The notes below the pieces were generated by a model. It made no database searches, was not told the origin of the DNA, and saw only the letters and a list, made by a program, of their open reading frames with translations. A DNA stretch of 32,000 nt from Hyperthermus butylicus DSM 5456 (GTDB lineage Archaea > Thermoproteota > Thermoprotei_A > Sulfolobales > Pyrodictiaceae), in assembly GCF_000015145.1 (NCBI RefSeq), contig NC_008818.1:1620001-1652000 (forward strand), written 5' to 3'. The translations under genes and the position numbers were made by a program. Shown one piece after another: positions 9,216 to 18,165 of this stretch (positions are counted from its first letter, which is position 1; each line of letters starts with the position of its first letter).

Positions 9216-10637
9216 TTGGCAACGCCAGCCAGGAGGATACCTAGGGTAAGGGTTAGGGGTATCTACGCGACAGCCCTGACAAAACTGGTAATCGATATGG
9301 GTTTTCAAGTAGTCCAACCATCGAGAATCATAGCTGATAGGTTTAGCCTGCCAATGCTGACACTGCCAGCTGATGTTACGATAAAGGATAGCGACAACAA
9401 CCCATCAGAACTGCTCATAGTGGGATATGAATGGGCTGTAAATATTATACTCGAGAAGCTAAGGGATACACTCCCATACTCATTCTATTGGCGGAGCAGC
9501 CTCCCCCTACACTCCACGGTCAAGGCCAGGGTTATTGGCCTCCGCGACAATCGCTGCATAGCACGCGTCGGTGATGTTGAGGCAGAACTTCTCGTAGATA
9601 GGAGCGAGTGTATTGAGGACCGCGAAGTTGTTGGCGGCGTTGTTAGACCCGGCGTAAAGCCGAGAGAAACCCCGAGGATAGTGCCGGGAGCAAGGGTGAT
9701 AGGAGACTACGCAATACTGATCGAGTCCAGCGAGCCTAGGGTAACGATAAGCGAGCATGTTAGGAGCCCGGAGAAGCGAGCACTACTAGCAGCAATAGCT
9801 ACGAGCTTTACCGAGCAAGGCTACGCTGTACACTGGCGTAGTAGTAGCCAGCATGCCGAGAGGGAGGAGTTAGAAAAACACCTTAGGCAGCTACGTGAGG
9901 CGCTAGCCGAGGCTAGGAAGAGGGCTGAAGAGGGCCCGCCCGGAGTGTATAGCGAAGGAGAAGCCGTGGTACTAGTGCATCTCAGCTCTGCAGACAAACA
10001 GAAGCTGGACGAGATAAGGGATAGTGTTGTCGCAACGATTCCCTACCACCATACTGTAAAGAGCTTGCAGCCAAGCCTCTCAAAAGTCATAGACTACGCC
10101 GAGAAGGTGAAGGCCCTCGGCGTAGACTCAGAAAAGCTCGTCCGTGCACTGTTAGAACTCGTAGCCGAAGACCTAGCGTCCAGGCGCAGAATTAGAATCC
10201 TACATGTTAAGCCCAGCGGCGAATACATAGAGCTTGGAAAGGCAGAGATAAAGTCGGTATATGTTGAAGACAAAAGCCTCGTAATTGTGCTCGAGAGGAC
10301 TGTAAAGAGTCGAGGAGTCTATGACGGCCTAGGTGTTGAAAAGGAGCCTGGAGACAGGATAGTAACGGAGGTTAGGACGGACGAGTGGATAGTAAAACAC
10401 ACATACTATGCTCCCGATGGCACAGTCAAAGGCACATACATAAACATAAACACACCACCAGAAATAGCCGAGGATGCAATAGTATACCTAGACCTTGAAA
10501 TCGACATAGTCAAGAAGCCCGGCAAGAAACCAAAAATAGTAGATGCGGAAGAGCTAGATAAGTACCATGAACAAGGCATAGTGACAACCAAGCTGAAGGA
10601 AAAGGCCCTCGAAATAGCGAGGAAACTAGCAGGCTAG
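9216..10637 (+). CDS. FAU-1 / AU-1-like archaeal RNA-binding protein (RNase E/G-related N-terminus plus DUF402 domain)
   Basis: N-terminus RVRVRGIYATALTKLVIDMGFQVVQPSRIIADRF; C-terminal DUF402-like segment YDGLGVEKEPGDRIVTEVRTDEWIVKHTYYAPDGTVKGTYININTPPEI...IVYLDLEIDIV. Confidence 0.82.
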   Translation: MATPARRIPRVRVRGIYATALTKLVIDMGFQVVQPSRIIADRFSLPMLTLPADVTIKDSDNNPSELLIVGYEWAVNIILEKLRDTLPYSFYWRSSLPLHSTVKARVIGLRDNRCIARVGDVEAELLVDRSECIEDREVVGGVVRPGVKPRETPRIVPGARVIGDYAILIESSEPRVTISEHVRSPEKRALLAAIATSFTEQGYAVHWRSSSQHAEREELEKHLRQLREALAEARKRAEEGPPGVYSEGEAVVLVHLSSADKQKLDEIRDSVVATIPYHHTVKSLQPSLSKVIDYAEKVKALGVDSEKLVRALLELVAEDLASRRRIRILHVKPSGEYIELGKAEIKSVYVEDKSLVIVLERTVKSRGVYDGLGVEKEPGDRIVTEVRTDEWIVKHTYYAPDGTVKGTYININTPPEIAEDAIVYLDLEIDIVKKPGKKPKIVDAEELDKYHEQGIVTTKLKEKALEIARKLAG

Positions 10638-10704
10638 CCAATCACAGTAAAGCTATTAGAACCCACCCAGACCACAACACCATTTTCCTACGGGAGCCCA
10701 GGCT

Positions 10705-10792
10705 GCGGGGGTGCCCGAGCCAGGTCAAAGGGGGCGGGCTCAGGACCCGCTGGCGTAGGCCTGCGTGGGTTCAAATCCCACCCCCCGCACCA
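10705..10792 (+). tRNA. tRNA-Leu(CAG), intronless, CCA encoded at 10790-10792
   Basis: Acceptor gcggggg (10705-10711) pairs cccccgc (10782-10788). Anticodon stem gcggg/cccgc with loop ct-CAG-ga (anticodon 10741-10743). Long variable arm tggcgtaggcctgc. T-arm gtggg-ttcaaat-cccac. Discriminator A. Confidence 0.95.
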
Positions 10793-11054
10793 CCCTCCTC
10801 TCCTCAACTAGTTACGGCAAATCACTGTACGGCTTCCCAGCCTCAACAGTTGCCCAGCTGGACATGCTCAGCTGCCTAGGACAGTATTATTGCACATATG
10901 CTTAATTTGGTAGTACCGGCATGTATCTTGTATAGGTGGAGGTTGCTGGAGGGAGTACCGCCTCCTTCTTAGTTTCGGTGTTGTCTCCCCCTCTCCCTAG
11001 GCTCAAGTTACATACATCCTCATATCACATGTTACGGTAACACTGGATAAGTGG

Positions 11055-11267
11055 GTGTCACGTATGCAGCGTATTGTCACATTTAAGATCGAGGAGGAGC
11101 TACTAGCGTTACTCGATAGGTATGCTAAGTCCAGGCGTCTAACTAGGAGCGAGGTCATACGTGAGGCTATTGAGAAGCTATTGGAGAGCGAGGGTATACG
11201 TGTTCCTAAAAAGCCTTCTCCGCCACGCTATGATCCACGAGCCCTAGTTATCGAGGTTGCTATCTAG
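11055..11267 (+). CDS. Ribbon-helix-helix (CopG-like) DNA-binding protein
   Basis: [38 protein letters not shown]: canonical RHH pattern. Confidence 0.8.
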   Translation: MSRMQRIVTFKIEEELLALLDRYAKSRRLTRSEVIREAIEKLLESEGIRVPKKPSPPRYDPRALVIEVAI

Positions 11268-11296
11268 CCCTTGTTGTTTTTGACGCTTTCTGGATG

Positions 11297-11569
11297 TTAG
11301 TCCCTTACTGTTTCGAGTAGGGTTATTACGTTCCATATGAGTGTCCTGGCATAGACTGGCATGTTTGGATCCTGGCTTATCTCGTCTAGGATGCTTATCG
11401 CGTTGGCAGCTCTTACGCCCGGGCTTAAGCTCTCGTCTCTAAGCTGTTTTATGGCCTCTGTTGCTGCACGCCGTATGTTTCTCGGTACAGCGGTATCATT
11501 GATTATCCTCATGAGTATCATTATTGCTTGTCTTATCTTTGCCTCGTTGTCATAGGCTGGTGCGGCCAC
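11297..11569 (-). CDS. UPF0147 family protein
   Basis: [75 protein letters not shown] matches the archaeal UPF0147 signature. Confidence 0.9.
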   Translation of the reverse strand: MAAPAYDNEAKIRQAIMILMRIINDTAVPRNIRRAATEAIKQLRDESLSPGVRAANAISILDEISQDPNMPVYARTLIWNVITLLETVRD

Positions 11570-11708
11570 GGGACATCACCCCACTATGCAAGCTCTGAGT
11601 ATTTGGGTGCTGCACTCTCGGGGTGGTGTAGCCGCTGAGTTTAGCTGTGGCTGTCTAGCTTATTAGCTTACACTTCTCCCTAACGGTTTAGTAGGGGTTT
11701 AGGGAGCT

Positions 11709-12128
11709 ATGACGACTAGTGTTCCGCGCGACCCGAAGGTTATGAAGAAGATGGCTGACCTGCTGCGTGCCGGCGCTACCATGCTCGCTGAAACCTGCCC
11801 CATCTGCGGGCTTCCACTGTTTAGGCTTAGGAGTGGCGAGATCGTATGCCCCATCCATGGCAGGGTGTACATTGTCCGTGATGAGAGCGAGGCTGCACGT
11901 GTCGAGGTTCAAGGTGTACTCGAGGAACTCGAGAAGGTGGTTGCACGCAGTATAGGCGAGACATTGTCCCGTGAAGGGCTTACAGCAGAGTCTCTGGAGA
12001 GGCTAAAGGACCTACTCGATGTGCTTGAAAGGGTTGAACGTATACTTGCGCTGGTTCGTGAGACTAGAAGCAGCACCAACGGTGAGAGTAGGAGGCAGAC
12101 TAGCACTGGGCGGGAGCGGAGAGAATAG
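11709..12128 (+). CDS. Autoantigen p27 / Sjogren-scleroderma autoantigen 1-like zinc-ribbon domain protein
   Basis: MKKMADLLRAGATMLAETCPICGLPLFRLRSGEIVCPIHGRVYIV. Confidence 0.78.
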   Translation: MTTSVPRDPKVMKKMADLLRAGATMLAETCPICGLPLFRLRSGEIVCPIHGRVYIVRDESEAARVEVQGVLEELEKVVARSIGETLSREGLTAESLERLKDLLDVLERVERILALVRETRSSTNGESRRQTSTGRERRE

Positions 12129-12504
12129 CTTGGGGTGGTTTAACCTCTAACATCGCCTTCGTACCAGCTTGAAGTCTTGACATGTCCTCCTCGGTTATGC
12201 CTTCAGCTAGCGGGATTTCTGCGAGTACGGCGCCAGCTACCAGCATGGGCTCAGCCTTGGGTACAATGAGGCCTGCCGGTGCTAGCCCCTTCCGCCGGAG
12301 GGCATACATGATGTATGGACCTACTGTACTTCCCCTTGAGCCCCGGAAGACCAGTATTTTGCCAGCTATACTACCGACACCCTTCAATACCCCTGTATCG
12401 GGGTCTACCTCGCCGTAAAACGATATACTCCTATCAACTATGAGGAGAGGGGCACAAGCTCTACCCTCTACGAGGCCTCGGAGGAGCAGCCGTATACCCT
12501 GCAA
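12100..12504 (-). CDS. Phosphomevalonate dehydratase, small subunit (aconitase X swivel domain, DUF126-like)
   Basis: ISFYGEVDPDTGVLKG...SIAGKILVFRGSRGSTVGPYIMYALRRKGLAPAGLIVPKAEPMLVAGAVLAEIPL; directly downstream of the large-subunit gene. Confidence 0.87.
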   Translation of the reverse strand: MQGIRLLLRGLVEGRACAPLLIVDRSISFYGEVDPDTGVLKGVGSIAGKILVFRGSRGSTVGPYIMYALRRKGLAPAGLIVPKAEPMLVAGAVLAEIPLAEGITEEDMSRLQAGTKAMLEVKPPQAILSAPAQC

Positions 12505-12521
12505 GTCCCAGCCCCCTGGGG

Positions 12522-13722
12522 CTAGTCTCCGTAGAGCTTTATGAACTCCTTGAGCGTTGATAGGGCCACCCTGACTCCATGTCTCTTCGGCAGATAGAAT
12601 GCTGTCTTAACAGAGTCTGTTGCTACAACATCTACCACACCTCTAAGCCTTGACACAACAATACATGTACCTGGTAGCAGATGCACATTCTTGCCGCGTA
12701 GCTTGGCTGCAAGCGTTTTTACCCCAATTGGGTAACTTGCCTGGAAGAGCTATCCACATGGGCTTCCTGAGTCTTCTTACTCCACTGCTCTCTAGAAGTG
12801 TAAGGACAGTATGGACTATGCTCCAGTCGTGATGAGGGCATCCGGTGAAGAATACATCTGCCTCCTCGAGGCTTGCTGTCTCGACAAGCTCACGCTCGGC
12901 CTTCAAATCCCTCGCTGTAACCTCAACAGTTTCAACCTTCTCGGGTGCTCCACGATCTTCAGGCGAGTAATTGCGTACAATACACATTGCCGTGTTTCCA
13001 GAGGCTGCAGCTGCACCACACATTGATATCACCGCACGGGTACCCTCAAGCTCCGCGTCTATGTATGGTAGCTGGTCCTGGTAGCTTCGGCCCACTAGAT
13101 GCCCCAGAAGTCCTGCTGCAAGCTCGTCGAGCACAATGTTCTTCACACGGATCAGCATGGTTGGCTTCCGATTCTCGTCTAGGTGAAGGCCCCAGTAGTA
13201 GATGCGACCGGTTAGCGCTGCCGCTAGGGCTACCGGGCCTCCCTCCCTGTTAGTCCTCGCCCCGTAGAGTGTATTTGCAACGGCTACCGCGCTAGACTCT
13301 CCCCACGCCAGGTGCTCACCGGGCCTGGGGCGTCGCAGCTTGTAGGGTATACAAGTCGCAGTGAACTTGAACCCCATACGGGTTAGCGCACGTATTATTC
13401 GGAGCTGCTTCTCCGCCTCTGCAGCCCCAACCAGGATAGCATTGTCTTCCCATAATCCCTCCTCGGATAATGGTATGCCGGTAGGGTTGAATGTGGCATG
13501 AACCCTTACCCTGCCACCCATCCTGGCAAGCTCTTCTATGAATTCTAGCCCTACATCACCTATGTTGAAGTATGATATGCCGCTGACATGCGCATGGGTT
13601 ATTTCCACGAGTCTTTCAGCGCCCAGAGCCTCTCCAACACGGACAATAACCGTTAGCGCCTTACGCACAGCCTCGCCGTACTCGCCACTAAGCATACGTT
13701 CCTCCTCACGTGTAAGATACAT
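12522..13722 (-). CDS. Phosphomevalonate dehydratase, large subunit (aconitase X catalytic domain), frame-disrupted near the C-terminus (single-frame ORF 12643..13722)
   Basis: MYLTREEERMLSGEYGEAVRKALTVIVRVGEALGAERLVEITHAHVSGISYFNIGDVGLEFI, GARTNREGGP, FTGCPHH. The expected tail (LPGTCIVV...VVATDSVKTAFYLPKRHGVRVALSTLKEFIKLYGD*) is in another frame, stopping at 12522..12524. Confidence 0.85.
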
Positions 13723-13764
13723 AGCCGCTTACACCCTTGCTATCGCTCAACCCTCACTGCGCGA

Positions 13765-15054
13765 CTATGATCCCGGTATTATGGGCCTAGTGTACCTGCT
13801 CCTCTCCCCAATGGGTACAGTAGCATCCACGATGAGCTTGGCTGTTAGCCCGTCGACAGCACTTGGGTCGAGTGTTGACCCCCTCGCATGGGAGACTATG
13901 ACTATGCCACGGTCCGCCTGGAGCCTCGTAGCTATAGCCCACTCCACTTGTTGGGGGTCATCAGGGTCTATGTCCGCGTCAACCACCACTACGTGCTTTA
14001 GGCTTGGATGGCCTGCTAGCGCTGCAAGCCCAGCATTCTTGCCATCTCCATCATGCTGTTTTTCTATCGAAATGACAGCATGTAACCACATACCCGAACC
14101 AGGTGTAAGCCTAACCTTTACCACACGCGGCACAACACGGCGTACAGCATCGTATATCGAGGCTTCGCGAGGGAAACCCATGAATAGCTTGTGCTCCGTA
14201 CCTCCCGGCAGTATAGCGTGTAGCACGGGCTCGTATACCTTGTTTACGTAGATAGACTCTACTTTCAGCTCCGGCTCGCTGCGTACGTTATCGTAGAGTC
14301 CTAGCAGGTCTACAAAGGGTCCTTCGGAGCGCCGCTCTGGCCCAAGTACAGCCTCTATAACCATGGATGCCCCACAAGGAACTGGCAGCCTGTACCTGGG
14401 GGTCTCGCAAACCCTAAGCCCTCCAGTTAGTGCTGCAGCAAGCTCTAGCTCGAAGACTCCAAATGGAGGGCTGAGTGCAGCTGCAAGCATTATCCTGGGA
14501 TCCACACCCACAACGACTGCTACAGGTGTCGAGCCACCACGCTCCATTAGTATCCGGTAGAGGTGGCGTGGGACAACCCTAACAGCTGCATAACTATAGT
14601 CGTCGCTAACCATTATACGATGTATCGACGCATTACAAGCTTTACCATTACACGCTATGAATATCGATGATGTCACATATAGTCCTCCATCACCTTCATA
14701 GAATCTCAGTGCTGGCAGCAGATCCAGCCCCGAGCCTGCTTCCTCAAAGTAATCGCTAAACTCGCCTCTAGCAAGGCTCTCTGGTTTTAGCGATAATATT
14801 TTCTCGTAAGCTGACATATCACTATCGGCTTCGAGGAGCATGTATAGTATCTTGCGACTATATACTATGTTTGAAGCGAAAACATAGGGTAGCTCCTTAA
14901 TATTGTAGACAGCTACTGCACGTCCATCAAGCTGTGCAGCAAACCTTGCAGCTTCGTAGACTCTGCTGAGCCTACCTTCTGCCCAGACTATTGATGCACC
15001 CTTCTTGACCAGATGCTCTAGTACCGGGGCAAGCGCACCATCTAGATTACGCAT
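13765..15054 (-). CDS. UbiD-family decarboxylase, probable anhydromevalonate phosphate decarboxylase
   Basis: UbiD-like sequence: ACNGKACNASIHRIMV, GVDPRIMLAAALSPPFGVFELELAAALTG, CETPRYRLPVPCGASMVIEAVL, KHVVVVDADIDPDDPQQVEWAIATRLQADRG. Adjacent to both aconitase X subunits. Confidence 0.85.
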   Translation of the reverse strand: MRNLDGALAPVLEHLVKKGASIVWAEGRLSRVYEAARFAAQLDGRAVAVYNIKELPYVFASNIVYSRKILYMLLEADSDMSAYEKILSLKPESLARGEFSDYFEEAGSGLDLLPALRFYEGDGGLYVTSSIFIACNGKACNASIHRIMVSDDYSYAAVRVVPRHLYRILMERGGSTPVAVVVGVDPRIMLAAALSPPFGVFELELAAALTGGLRVCETPRYRLPVPCGASMVIEAVLGPERRSEGPFVDLLGLYDNVRSEPELKVESIYVNKVYEPVLHAILPGGTEHKLFMGFPREASIYDAVRRVVPRVVKVRLTPGSGMWLHAVISIEKQHDGDGKNAGLAALAGHPSLKHVVVVDADIDPDDPQQVEWAIATRLQADRGIVIVSHARGSTLDPSAVDGLTAKLIVDATVPIGERSRYTRPIIPGS

Positions 15055-16334
15055 CTCAGTGGCCTCCCAGTTTCTTCTAGCTCCTCACTTAGCCTAATGT
15101 TGCCCAGGATTAATCCCTTAACCTCGCCCCGATAGGGTGTTAGCACCCTTATAACTCCGCTGGCAAAGTCTATCTCCTTCACTATTGCCAACCCTTTTTC
15201 CTCGCCATCACTGCCAACCAGGGAGGCTAGAGCATTTACTGCGAGGTTTATGTCTAGTATGTAGACTTGCTTTTGCAAAGTCTGCGATGCTTTCTCAAGA
15301 TTCTGCGGGTTCGGTTGACCGTTGGTGACAACGTATACCGTGTCGTAGGTCTCACTAGCAGCTATAACCGGCACCTGGAGAATCTGAGCCAGCCTTGCCG
15401 CCTGCTGAGGTGGCAACCTTTCTCCGCTAAAGAAACAAGAGCCCATTATTGAGACTGAATCTATGTATATCATTCTCTCGTAGAGGGGCTCAAGATATCT
15501 ACGATAAGCTTCTCTACGTAGGCTCCTCCTCTCTACTCTATCTCTCTCACGCCTAACACTCGGCATTGGTAATAGCGTAACGCCACATGGGATACCCGCG
15601 AATACATGTCTAACCATCGCATAGAGCTTCTGGTCTCCTATAACGAATACTGCTGATACCCCCGTGTAGCGCGCAATCTCAGCCTTGTACTCTATCGAGT
15701 TTAGCCCTTGAACCCAGCCATCGGTATCTATTGCTATTACCTCTGCGCCACGGCTGAGGAGCCGGTGTACTAGCTCCACGACTGCTGCTACTATCCGGCG
15801 CTCGCTACGCTGTGGCGTTATGTTGCCTATGAACCTTATGTGGTCTGCTCTGAGTTCCCGGAGCCAGAGTATAGGCTTATCCACTAGAGCCGCTGAGACA
15901 GACGCTGGTGGGCCTACATCCGCTTGTCCGACATCAGCATCTACTACTCCTACCCTAAATCCGTAAAGTAGTGCCCGGTTTACCACTAGTGCAGTAAGGC
16001 TAGACTTGCCAGCATCTGTAGGACCCAGGACCATTACTCTTTTACAACCACGTCTCAGTGTGCTATCTACAGCCGAGACCCACGCGTCGAGAACTTCCTC
16101 GCCTGGTTGAGGGCTCTCGACGGCTGCGCCGGCACCAAGCTCTACTTCAACAATGCTATCGTCTAGTGCTTTAACGCCATAGCTACGGTAGCTGTGTATG
16201 CTGAATTCGGCGCCGGCACCGAATATTGCGCCTAGAACCATGACTTGTCCCGATGCTACGCGTGCTCTCGCTGGACCCACGATTCTTACTATCCTGCCTG
16301 GCTCCATGTAGAGCCTCATCCTCATATTGTTCAC
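15042..16334 (-). CDS. Clp1/Grc3/Nol9-type polynucleotide 5'-hydroxyl kinase
   Basis: MVLGPTDAGKSSLTALVVNRALLYGFRVGVVDADVGQADVGPPASVS (P-loop plus DxDxGQ), IDTDGWVQG, EKGLAIVKEIDFASGVIRVLTP. Confidence 0.83.
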   Translation of the reverse strand: MNNMRMRLYMEPGRIVRIVGPARARVASGQVMVLGAIFGAGAEFSIHSYRSYGVKALDDSIVEVELGAGAAVESPQPGEEVLDAWVSAVDSTLRRGCKRVMVLGPTDAGKSSLTALVVNRALLYGFRVGVVDADVGQADVGPPASVSAALVDKPILWLRELRADHIRFIGNITPQRSERRIVAAVVELVHRLLSRGAEVIAIDTDGWVQGLNSIEYKAEIARYTGVSAVFVIGDQKLYAMVRHVFAGIPCGVTLLPMPSVRRERDRVERRSLRREAYRRYLEPLYERMIYIDSVSIMGSCFFSGERLPPQQAARLAQILQVPVIAASETYDTVYVVTNGQPNPQNLEKASQTLQKQVYILDINLAVNALASLVGSDGEEKGLAIVKEIDFASGVIRVLTPYRGEVKGLILGNIRLSEELEETGRPLRCVI

Positions 16335-17019
16335 CCTCTACCAGCCATGTGTTCTCCAGTACTCTGTGCATCTTCGTATAGACGCGTAAAGCTATCTGTA
16401 TAGCTGCCAACACGTCATCGTTAACTGCATCACTTGCACCCTTGAGCCCATAGGCTCTAAAAATATTTGACTCGTACTCGTCTACCAGGTATACCCTTTC
16501 GCTACACTTGAGCAACTTACCACGTATACTTAGAGCCTCCTCGTAGACTGCCGGCGATGCACCTATACCTGCGACAAGCTCCCTATGTGTCCTCAGGGCG
16601 CTGCATATGTTTGCTAGTAGGTTCCCCTTATTCGCCTCGACCCCCGCTAGAAGCACCGATCCCGCAGCCAACACCGCATAGGCGATGCGCGTTGCACCAA
16701 CGTCAATACCTATGCTGGCCTCGCGCACTCTCCACAAAGCCTTAACGATGCTTAAGGCTGTGCCTATAGTGTTCTCCTTAGCATCCGTCGGGTCTACGTA
16801 GAGAACACGGCATCTCGAACCATGCTCCCACATCCCTAGACGAATGCTGCCACGCTCCACAATGATTATGTCACGTCCTCCACAGCTTGGTGGAGCATTC
16901 GGGATAACATACTCTATCTGCAGGAGCTTAGCTATGCGAGCCACTAGCCTCACTATCTCCGGGCTAGACGCCCACACTATTATCCTGCTGGTAGTCCCTA
17001 CTGTTTTAATCCCGGACAA
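16183..17019 (-). CDS. Uncharacterised protein with GIDVG motif; overlaps the clp1-like gene
   Basis: Long ORF with SIGIDVGATRIAYAVLAAGSVLLAGVEANKGNLLANICSAL, suggestive of an RNase H/actin-like fold. 152 nt overlap with the downstream kinase ORF. Confidence 0.6.
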   Translation of the reverse strand: MSGIKTVGTTSRIIVWASSPEIVRLVARIAKLLQIEYVIPNAPPSCGGRDIIIVERGSIRLGMWEHGSRCRVLYVDPTDAKENTIGTALSIVKALWRVREASIGIDVGATRIAYAVLAAGSVLLAGVEANKGNLLANICSALRTHRELVAGIGASPAVYEEALSIRGKLLKCSERVYLVDEYESNIFRAYGLKGASDAVNDDVLAAIQIALRVYTKMHRVLENTWLVEGEQYEDEALHGARQDSKNRGSSESTRSIGTSHGSRRNIRCRRRIQHTQLP

Positions 17020-17051
17020 CCCCCTGGTGCTGGTTCTCCTGGGAGGCTTAT

Positions 17052-17654
17052 GTGGCTATATGCAGAAGGCTGCTGAGGGCCATAGAGTGGCCTACAACAC
17101 TACTGGTATATGGGCCTGCAGGGAGCGGAAAGACCCTCCTAGCTCTCGAGCTTACAGCGCACCAGTGTAGAAGCGGAAAATGCCTGTACATAACTACTGA
17201 AGGTGTACAGTTTCTCGAGAGGGCAGCAAAGCTGAAACTTAGTGCTGACCAGCTAGTGGTGCTCCAGGTCTTTGACTACCTTGACCTACTACATATTGTT
17301 AATCTACGCCAGCTGCCACTCTATAATATCGTTGTTCTTGACTCTGTAAGCAGTATAGCACGTGAAGGCTCCGAAGAGGCCTTGAGAACCTTATCTCTGG
17401 TTTCAGCACTTCTATACCGCGTGTACGAAGAATACATGGTTCCAATACTGTATACCGCACAGCTATCCTGGAAGCCAGGAGAAGGCGAGAAGCCTTCTGG
17501 AATAAAGCCTCTAAGCCTGTGGCTTAGAGCTATAGCTCGACTTGAACGCGTTGGGCAGAGATATAGGCTTATCATCGAGGAGCCAGAGCATAACCGCGGA
17601 TGGGAGTTCAGCTACAGAATTACGGAGCGGGGACTTGTATGGCTCAATTGTTAA
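17052..17654 (+). CDS. RecA-superfamily ATPase, RadB/aRadC-like
   Basis: Walker A YGPAGSGKTLLALELT, Walker B-like YNIVVLDSVSSIARE, truncated RadA-like core without an N-terminal domain. Confidence 0.72.
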   Translation: MAICRRLLRAIEWPTTLLVYGPAGSGKTLLALELTAHQCRSGKCLYITTEGVQFLERAAKLKLSADQLVVLQVFDYLDLLHIVNLRQLPLYNIVVLDSVSSIAREGSEEALRTLSLVSALLYRVYEEYMVPILYTAQLSWKPGEGEKPSGIKPLSLWLRAIARLERVGQRYRLIIEEPEHNRGWEFSYRITERGLVWLNC

Positions 17655-18145
17655 CCCCTCTAGAGTCCATACTTGCTATCATTCCCGCACTAGCAGCTAA
17701 TGGTGCACCCGTCCTGCTAAAATACCATGGAACACCAATTGACGGTGGCAAACGCTTCCTGGATGGAAGGCCGGTTCTAGGCCCGGGAAAAACTTGGGAG
17801 GGACTGGCAACCGGAATTCTCTACGGCTCAGTTATAGCCCTACTAGCTGCCAGTGCTACCTGCAACCCCAAACTCTACGCTGCAGGTGTATTTGCAAGCA
17901 TAGGCGCCATGCTCGGGGACATGCTGGGAGCCTTTATTAAGAGGAGGCTTGGCCTGGAGAGGGGTGCTCCAGCACCGCTACTCGACCAGCTGGACTTCTA
18001 TAGTGGTGCTCTACTAGCACTCTACGCTGCAGGATACGTAGTGCACCCAGCTGTAGCACTCACATTCACACCAATAGTAATTGCGCTCCACAGGTTAACA
18101 AACATGGCCGCTAATAGGCTGAGACTGAAACCTGTGCCATGGTAG
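17639..18145 (+). CDS. carS: CDP-2,3-bis-(O-geranylgeranyl)-sn-glycerol synthase (CDP-archaeol synthase)
   Basis: NGAPVLLKYHGTPIDGGKRFLDGRPVLGPGKTWEGLATGILYG, GAMLGDMLGAFIKRRLGLERGAPAPLLDQLDF. ATG at 17639 (MAQLLTPLES) is preferred over the track start at 17600. Confidence 0.9.
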   Translation: MAQLLTPLESILAIIPALAANGAPVLLKYHGTPIDGGKRFLDGRPVLGPGKTWEGLATGILYGSVIALLAASATCNPKLYAAGVFASIGAMLGDMLGAFIKRRLGLERGAPAPLLDQLDFYSGALLALYAAGYVVHPAVALTFTPIVIALHRLTNMAANRLRLKPVPW

Positions 18146-18165
18146 GAATCGAGCAGCTATTGTTG

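Noticed and set aside
10793-11054. Possible hairpin or terminator-like sequence after tRNA-Leu (ggtggaggttgctggagggagtaccgcctcc)
   Set aside because: The arms do not pair well enough by eye and there is no clear T-run; not supported as a terminator.
11055-11267. RHH protein as antitoxin of a new TA pair
   Set aside because: No small co-directional partner ORF sits next to it; the nearest gene (UPF0147) is on the opposite strand, so it is more simply a stand-alone regulator.
13538-14251. 237-aa + ORF opposite the UbiD-like and aconitase X genes
   Set aside because: Ser/Thr-rich antisense shadow of two well-supported minus-strand genes.
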